This document shows, piece after piece, positions 58,620 through 64,000 of a stretch of DNA of 64,000 nucleotides. Within the stretch, counting starts at the first letter, position 1. The number at the start of each line of letters is the position of its first letter. The notes beneath the pieces are model-generated. The model worked only from the letters and a program-made list of their open reading frames with translations. It had not been told where the DNA came from and searched no databases. The DNA is from an uncultured Verrucomicrobiota bacterium (lineage in GTDB: Bacteria > Verrucomicrobiota > Verrucomicrobiia > Limisphaerales > J093). The stretch covers positions 108,974 through 172,973 of the forward strand of contig CAYPNF010000005.1 of NCBI GenBank assembly GCA_964411985.1. The letters are read 5' to 3'. The position numbers and the translations under genes were made by a program.

Positions 58620-60461
58620 TCAGGCGGTTCGTCGGTGGTAATACCACCATTCCCACAAAAGCAGGGCAAAGGCACCCAGGGCCGCCCATCGCCATAGCTC
58701 GCGGCTTGCCGACGCCTGCCGGCTGGCTGCGACTCGCGTATACCGTCCCAGCTTGATCTCCGCTTGGGGTGTTGTGTCCGTCTCCGGCGCGTCCAGGAGG
58801 TTTACACAAAACTTGGCTTGGTTCGTTCCGGCAGAAAGTTCGTAGATCCCGCAACGCAAGGTGTCACCGAACACGACCTCGCGATCGCCCAAGAGCGCTG
58901 GTAACTCCTGCGTTGGCCCGGTCCCCCGTCGCACGCTGGCAGTCTGAATCGCAGTCCCGGCCGGTATCTGCAGGCGCAACGGGTCACCCGCTTTGACCAT
59001 CGAAGCAGACGATTTCGCGCCCGCCGGATTCAGCCACTCCAGAGCGTTGGCGATGAAGATGGGGAAGGAAACCCGGAGCGGCCAGGTGCTCTGCAACGGG
59101 TCGAACGCCAGCCAGATCAGGCGTCGTCGCGCTTGCTCCCCGGCAAGCAGAAGGGGTGCGTTCTGGCCGTCTACGATCGATTGCCCCCAACCGGGAGTCT
59201 GCGCAGCCAAAGCCTCGGTGATTTGCACATTCTCCAAACCCACAAATCGCAGGATGGGGTGCGTGGTGTTCCAGTCCACAATGGAGGGAGACTCTACCTT
59301 GCCTGTCACGGTCAGCCAGTTGGTCTGGCTCCCGCGCACCGCCAGCAGATTTCCGGTGGGCCAAACCAGAGGCGGAACGTCGTCCAATACCACGATGTCC
59401 ACATCGGGCGAAGCTTCAGCGAGATCCGGAGCCACTCCGAGCTCCACCCTGGGCGCCGAGGTCAGGGCTTTCTCGAGAAAACGGTTGCCCTTCGTAACCA
59501 GCAGCACGCGGATCGGTTGAGGCAGCAGGCTTTGAATGGAGACTTCATTATCCACCGCCAGGTCGTCCTCCAGATTGAGGCGCAACGTGAATACTCCATC
59601 CTGGTCTTGCGCCACCGTGAAGACTTCGCCTGAGGTTTGCCGTGCCTTCAGTTCCACCCCACGACTGCTGATAAAGCCTCCTTCAAAATGGAGTTCGAGG
59701 GTGCCGGCCAAGTCGTTCGTCGAGGCGTTGAAGAGGTTGACAAACACCGCGCGCCGGCTGGGATCGTCGGGGTGCGCACGAACATCCAAGTTCACGATTC
59801 CCGCGTTGCGCGCGGCTTTGCCGGAGGCATGGTAGATCAGGTTCAAGTTCTCGTTTTCGAACTCCGTGAGTGCCGGGAATGCGCCGTCACTGAAAAGGTG
59901 AATCTCCGCCTCGCTCCGGTCCTTCACCAAAGACAACGCCAGTTTGAACGCATCCACCAGCCGGGTGGGGCCATCGGAAACCGTGCAGGCATCGAGGGCT
60001 CTTTTCAGTGCCACCTTGCTGCCAGTGGGCGACTGCATGACCTGGGTCTGCGGACCCGCAAGCAACACCACCATCTGGTCACTATCCTGAATGGACTGGG
60101 CCAGTTGGGAGGCTTCGGCTCGAGCCTTTTCGAACCGGGAAGGGGACTCATCCTTGCTCTGCATGGAGGCGGAGCCATCGAGAATGACGACCAGCAGTCG
60201 GCCTATTGCGGTCTTACTGGAGAGATAGGGACGCGCCAGTGCCACGACCGCGAAAGCAAGCAGGAGAATCTGGAGCACCAGCAGCCAATTGTGCCTCAGT
60301 TTTTGGAACGGAGCGCTCGCCTGGGTCTCCGCCAGAAACTTCTTCCAGAGGAGCGTGCTGGGGACAAGTTTCACCACCCTTTTGCGCTTCAGCAAGTAGA
60401 ACAGGATGACCACGGGAATCGTGGCCGCAAAGAGGAACGCGACTGGAGCAAGGAAGCTCAT
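58620..60461 (-). CDS. BatA-like aerotolerance-related membrane protein (BatA_N domain + VWA-like region)
   Basis: MSFLAPVAFLFAATIPVVILFYLLKRKR...LLVLQILLLAFAVVALARP matches the BatA N-terminal two-TM signature. Confidence 0.8.
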   Translation of the reverse strand: MSFLAPVAFLFAATIPVVILFYLLKRKRVVKLVPSTLLWKKFLAETQASAPFQKLRHNWLLVLQILLLAFAVVALARPYLSSKTAIGRLLVVILDGSASMQSKDESPSRFEKARAEASQLAQSIQDSDQMVVLLAGPQTQVMQSPTGSKVALKRALDACTVSDGPTRLVDAFKLALSLVKDRSEAEIHLFSDGAFPALTEFENENLNLIYHASGKAARNAGIVNLDVRAHPDDPSRRAVFVNLFNASTNDLAGTLELHFEGGFISSRGVELKARQTSGEVFTVAQDQDGVFTLRLNLEDDLAVDNEVSIQSLLPQPIRVLLVTKGNRFLEKALTSAPRVELGVAPDLAEASPDVDIVVLDDVPPLVWPTGNLLAVRGSQTNWLTVTGKVESPSIVDWNTTHPILRFVGLENVQITEALAAQTPGWGQSIVDGQNAPLLLAGEQARRRLIWLAFDPLQSTWPLRVSFPIFIANALEWLNPAGAKSSASMVKAGDPLRLQIPAGTAIQTASVRRGTGPTQELPALLGDREVVFGDTLRCGIYELSAGTNQAKFCVNLLDAPETDTTPQAEIKLGRYTRVAASRQASASRELWRWAALGAFALLLWEWWYYHRRTA

Positions 60462-60468
60462 GCCCGGA

Positions 60469-61362
60469 TCAGCCCAGCACCTCCGCTTCCCGAAAGCGCC
60501 GTAGCAACAAGTCCTCCAGAGCGGTCGATGAACTCACCATGAAATGACCCGCTCCCCGCGCACCAGCGTAGTCCCTCAGCTCTCCCACAAACTGCTCCAA
60601 GGTCTGGAGATAGGCTTGAAGTCGGAATTTTCCAAAGGTTAACTCCTGCTCGAAGCCGGTCTCCGAATCCACCAATTTCAGGTCCCCGTACGTCGATGGC
60701 TGGAGCTCTTCGGGCGAAAGTACCTGAACGAGGGTCACTTCGCTGCCGCGGGCCAGCAGCGCTTTGAGGCCGGCCTGATAGCCCTCGGGATCAAGAAAAT
60801 CACTCAGGACGATGGATACCCCGGTGCGGCGCATTTGCAGGGCGCCACGACGCAGGCACTCGCCGATCCCAGCCGCCCCGCCCGCTCGGAGCTTTTCCAG
60901 ATTCTGGAAGAACCGGAGCGTCGATCGTTTTCCCCTGACCTGGCGTAGTTCGGCCTGCGCCAGTGGGGGGATGGCGGTTGTGGGGAAAGGGACTACGCTC
61001 ACTCGGTCAAAACTGCAGAGGGCGACATATCCGATCGCTGCCGCGAGCCGACGGGCAAAATCGAACTTTGAAGGTTCCCCAAATCCCATCGATTCGCTGC
61101 AGTCCAGGAAGAGGGTCACTGGCAGTTCTCTCTCCTCCTCGTAAAGTTTGAGGAACAGTCGGTCGAGCCGGCCGTAGAGGTTCCAGTCCAGGTAACGCAG
61201 ATCGTCCCCGGCGACGTAGTTGCGGTAATCGGCAAACTCTACGGAGTGTCCGCGCGCACGGCTTCGCCTCTCCCCCTTGGCGGAGGTTTTGGTTCTACGG
61301 GCTGCCAGCAGTTGGCACTGCTCCAACTGGCGCAGCAGCGAAGGAGGGAGCAGAGCGCTCAT
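60469..61362 (-). CDS. DUF58-family protein (MoxR-associated, VWA-like)
   Basis: GHSVEFADYRNYVAGDDLRYLDW...ELPVTLFLDCSESM is the DUF58 signature. ATGA overlap with the MoxR stop. Confidence 0.85.
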   Translation of the reverse strand: MSALLPPSLLRQLEQCQLLAARRTKTSAKGERRSRARGHSVEFADYRNYVAGDDLRYLDWNLYGRLDRLFLKLYEEERELPVTLFLDCSESMGFGEPSKFDFARRLAAAIGYVALCSFDRVSVVPFPTTAIPPLAQAELRQVRGKRSTLRFFQNLEKLRAGGAAGIGECLRRGALQMRRTGVSIVLSDFLDPEGYQAGLKALLARGSEVTLVQVLSPEELQPSTYGDLKLVDSETGFEQELTFGKFRLQAYLQTLEQFVGELRDYAGARGAGHFMVSSSTALEDLLLRRFREAEVLG

Positions 61363-62408
61363 GCGACCGTCTGCGCCTTGGCCGCCGGCACTTCACGCGG
61401 AACGAGCTTGAGAATCTCCGCCGCGACGTGGTCTGAAGTGATTCCCTCCGCTTCGGCTTCAAAATTGACCAGCAACCGATGCCGCAAGGCTGGCAGTACC
61501 GCCACCTCGATGTCCTCGAAACCTACGTTGAATCGTCCCTGCGCCAGAGCTCGCACCTTTCCTGCCAGGATCAGCGCTTGCGCCCCACGCGGACTGCTGC
61601 CAAACCGGAGGAACTGATTGACCATGGGCAACGCCGTCGCGGTTTTGGGGTGGCTCGCCAGAACCAGGCGAACGGCGTAGTCTTTGACGTGCGAAGCCAC
61701 CGGCACTTCCCGGACCAGCCGTTGGAGCTGGATCAGTCGGTTCCCGTCAATGATCTTTGAGATTTGGGAACGCACGTTCTCGGTAGTGCGGTTCAGTACC
61801 TCGGTCAATTCTGAAGCGCTGGGATAGCTGACCACCAATTTGAAAAAGAAACGATCCAACTGCGCCTCTGGCAGGGGGTAGGTTCCCTCCTGATCGATCG
61901 GATTCTGAGTGGCGAGCACGAAGAACGGTTCGGCAAGCTTGCGCACTTCGCCCCCCGCCGTGACGCTGTGTTCCTGCATCGCTTCGAGCATGGCGGATTG
62001 CGTCTTGGGGGTCGCGCGGTTGATTTCGTCCGCCAGGATCAGATTGGCGAACACCGGGCCGCGCTGGAACTGAAACGCCCTTCCGCCTCCCGGGCTTTCC
62101 ACCACCATGTTCGTTCCCAGGATGTCCGCTGGCATCAGGTCCGGGGTGAATTGAATGCGGTTGAAGGACAAATCCAGGACTTCGCCCAAGGTTCGCACCA
62201 AGAGAGTTTTTCCCAATCCTGGCACGCCCTCCAGCAGCACGTGCCCCGCCGCCAGGATCGCAGTGAGCGTTCCGTCAACGATCGATTCGTGCCCGACAAT
62301 CACCTTGGCGATTTCTTTCCGCAGATCCTCGTACGTTACGCGAAACTGGGCAATTTCCTGCTCGGTACTCATGTTTCCTTTCGATTCCTTACTTCTTGAG
62401 GTCGTCAA
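61359..62408 (-). CDS. moxR: MoxR-family AAA+ ATPase
   Basis: Walker A GVPGLGKT; Walker B LLADEINRA; sensor motifs of the MoxR subfamily. ~349 aa. Confidence 0.9.
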   Translation of the reverse strand: MTTSRSKESKGNMSTEQEIAQFRVTYEDLRKEIAKVIVGHESIVDGTLTAILAAGHVLLEGVPGLGKTLLVRTLGEVLDLSFNRIQFTPDLMPADILGTNMVVESPGGGRAFQFQRGPVFANLILADEINRATPKTQSAMLEAMQEHSVTAGGEVRKLAEPFFVLATQNPIDQEGTYPLPEAQLDRFFFKLVVSYPSASELTEVLNRTTENVRSQISKIIDGNRLIQLQRLVREVPVASHVKDYAVRLVLASHPKTATALPMVNQFLRFGSSPRGAQALILAGKVRALAQGRFNVGFEDIEVAVLPALRHRLLVNFEAEAEGITSDHVAAEILKLVPREVPAAKAQTVA

Positions 62409-63981
62409 AGTATTCTTTCACTGCGTTTTGGTAGGCCCGGGGCACCTGATCCTGGCTCAAGGCGCTCTCCGCTTCTGTCTGAGCTGCACTGACCGCCTCT
62501 TGAATCACGACCGTGCTCTGTCCCTTTAGGCTGACACCCCTGAGGGTCACACTAGGCATCTGCCCCCCTGGGGACATCTGCCCCTTGAGCCTCGTCGGGA
62601 CAATGCCTTCAGGCAGCTTGCCTTCCCCTCGGTCGGCGAGCCCTTTGGCCTCCGCGTCCTGACGTTGCACGCCGCTATTGTCCCACATTTCCGCCTCCGT
62701 CGGGGGTTCCATCCAGAGCGACTCATCAGCCCAGGTCCCCACGCCCTTGCCCGGTTTTCCCCCCTGCTTACCAGAGCCACCCGGTCGTTGAGCCATGGAC
62801 CAGCCACTCCCATTCCCGAGCCCAGCTTGGGCCTTCCCCAAAGCCTGAAGCGCCGACTGGAGATCCTCCATGCCAGCCATCTGTTCCTGCAGCTCATCCA
62901 ATTCCTTCGCAGCCTGCTGCATAGAACTACCGGATTCCGTCTTCTGACCTTGCCGCAACTCCCTCAACGCCTTCTGCAGCTGATCGGAAACCTTGCCGTA
63001 GTCCTTCGCCGGGCCGATTGCTTTCTCCAGTTCCTGCTCCATCTTTTTCAATTGCTCGGCCGAAGGGGTGCCTGACGTGAGTTGCTTGGCCATCTTACGC
63101 AGCGTCTCCGCTGCCGGGGCGGTTTGCCCTCGCTCCAACTGCTCGGACAGCGTTTTACCCATGGCCTGAGCCTGTTGCTGCATTTTTTGTAGTGCCTTGG
63201 TCAGCTCCATCATCTTGGAAAGATCCTGGTCTGAGGCCTCCAAATTCTTGAGCACCTGGTCAATTTTCGCGGTCTGGAAAGACTCCATTGCCTGTTCCAG
63301 GCCATCCAGCGGAACATTCAGCCCCTGCGCTTGTTTTGAAAGGTTCGACAGCGCTTCCGAGAGGGCCTGTTTCTGCTCCGGGGTGGCGGCGGGACCTTGC
63401 GCGAACATTTGTGCCGCAGCCTCCCTGGCTTTCTGCAGCGCCTGTTCTAGTTTCTGCAGCGCTTCGGGAGCTGGAGATTTTTCTCCGAGCTGCTTCTGGA
63501 GCGCCTCCATCTGTTGCTGCAACTGCTCTGGGCTGGTTGTCTGCCCAGGGGCGCTGCTGCGCGCCATCTTCTCCAGATTCCGCAAAGCTGGGTTCTGGGC
63601 CAGGTTTTTGGCCTCCTGCCGAATCCTGTCTCCTACCTTTGCCAGTTCCTTCAAAGCTTCCTGCACAGCGGGTGGTTGGCGGCTCAATTGCGCACCCAGG
63701 TCGCCCACCGCCTTCAGAGCCTCTTGAGCCTTTTCCAGCGATGGAGACTTCCGTTCCGGGATCTTGCGCACTACTTCGACCAGTCCCTTCCCCACCTCCC
63801 GCACTTGCTCTTTTCCCTTCTCTTTCTGCTGATGAGCCTTGGATCGGTACTCAGGCGCGAATCCCACTGCGAAGGCCAGGGTGAGCAAAAGGAGCACGTA
63901 CCGGCTGCAATGGGGAAGAGAGAAGGGTAAAAGGTGCCCGGCCGGTTTGGCCTTGAGCTGGTTGGAGGCGTCCAACACCAC
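62389..63981 (-). CDS. Membrane-anchored Gln/Ala/Lys/Glu-rich coiled-coil protein (hypothetical) leading the MoxR operon
   Basis: N-terminal hydrophobic anchor (YVLLLLTLAFAVGFA), ~350 aa of heptad-rich low-complexity sequence, and a Gly-rich C-terminal region. 20-nt overlap with moxR. The start Met is 20 nt from the window edge, so the true start could lie outside. Confidence 0.55.
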   Translation of the reverse strand: MVLDASNQLKAKPAGHLLPFSLPHCSRYVLLLLTLAFAVGFAPEYRSKAHQQKEKGKEQVREVGKGLVEVVRKIPERKSPSLEKAQEALKAVGDLGAQLSRQPPAVQEALKELAKVGDRIRQEAKNLAQNPALRNLEKMARSSAPGQTTSPEQLQQQMEALQKQLGEKSPAPEALQKLEQALQKAREAAAQMFAQGPAATPEQKQALSEALSNLSKQAQGLNVPLDGLEQAMESFQTAKIDQVLKNLEASDQDLSKMMELTKALQKMQQQAQAMGKTLSEQLERGQTAPAAETLRKMAKQLTSGTPSAEQLKKMEQELEKAIGPAKDYGKVSDQLQKALRELRQGQKTESGSSMQQAAKELDELQEQMAGMEDLQSALQALGKAQAGLGNGSGWSMAQRPGGSGKQGGKPGKGVGTWADESLWMEPPTEAEMWDNSGVQRQDAEAKGLADRGEGKLPEGIVPTRLKGQMSPGGQMPSVTLRGVSLKGQSTVVIQEAVSAAQTEAESALSQDQVPRAYQNAVKEYFDDLKK

Positions 63982-64000
63982 CAGATCCCGCCAAGGGCTC

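Overview
This is a high-GC (~60%) bacterial chromosomal segment. It is most consistent with a Verrucomicrobia-type organism: it carries a PEP-CTERM sorting signal, a prepilin-like H-X9-DG protein, type IV pilin-like genes and a MoxR/DUF58/BatA operon. No CRISPR array, rRNA or reverse-transcriptase gene was seen. I count about 45 protein genes and one tRNA in four blocks.

- **Block 1 (1-26.3 kb), glycan utilisation island on the + strand.** It holds an AraC regulator, a giant secreted adhesin-like protein, and a translationally coupled operon: YhcH-family protein, Na+/solute symporter, Fe-alcohol dehydrogenase, NanA/DapA-family lyase, PdxA-family dehydrogenase and a UxaE-like enzyme. This looks like a non-canonical sialic/ulosonic-acid catabolic module. 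It is followed by a run of secreted BNR/Asp-box (sialidase-like) propeller proteins. These include a triplicated paralogous family, an FGE-sulfatase/PA14/BNR/MORN fusion, and a 942-aa GH42-like plus sugar-phosphate-isomerase fusion.
- **Block 2 (26.5-45.3 kb), mostly recognisable functions.** It carries cysK, an M16 peptidase pair, a beta-carbonic-anhydrase-like gene, an NfeD-flotillin pair, a GH38 alpha-mannosidase with an N-terminal PA14-like domain, glycerate kinase, gnd, and a 1489-aa hybrid sensor kinase whose periplasmic domain carries PA14.
- **Block 3 (45.6-51.5 kb), low-GC island next to tRNA-Leu(CAG).** It contains an IS-like leucine-zipper ORF remnant, a decayed 5' pilin copy, an intact type IV pilin-like gene with a clean intrinsic terminator, and a divergent three-gene lipid-linked glycosylation module: a GT-C-like polytopic membrane protein, a GtrB/ArnC-like GT2, and a SAM methyltransferase.
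- **Block 4 (52.3-64 kb), minus strand.** A coiled-coil/MoxR/DUF58/BatA/giant-VWA operon (Bat aerotolerance-like) is interrupted by an iron/thiamine-type ABC substrate-binding protein and a double permease fused to a six-bladed NHL beta-propeller, with no ATPase.

The candidates most worth follow-up are the triplicated sialidase-like family with its atypical catabolic operon, the pilin-adjacent GT-C/GT2/MTase module in the tRNA island, and the permease-NHL fusion inside the MoxR-VWA operon. Several further ORFs are unassigned; none of these systems matches a textbook operon one-to-one. All product calls are motif-level inferences from the translations, and no database search was run.
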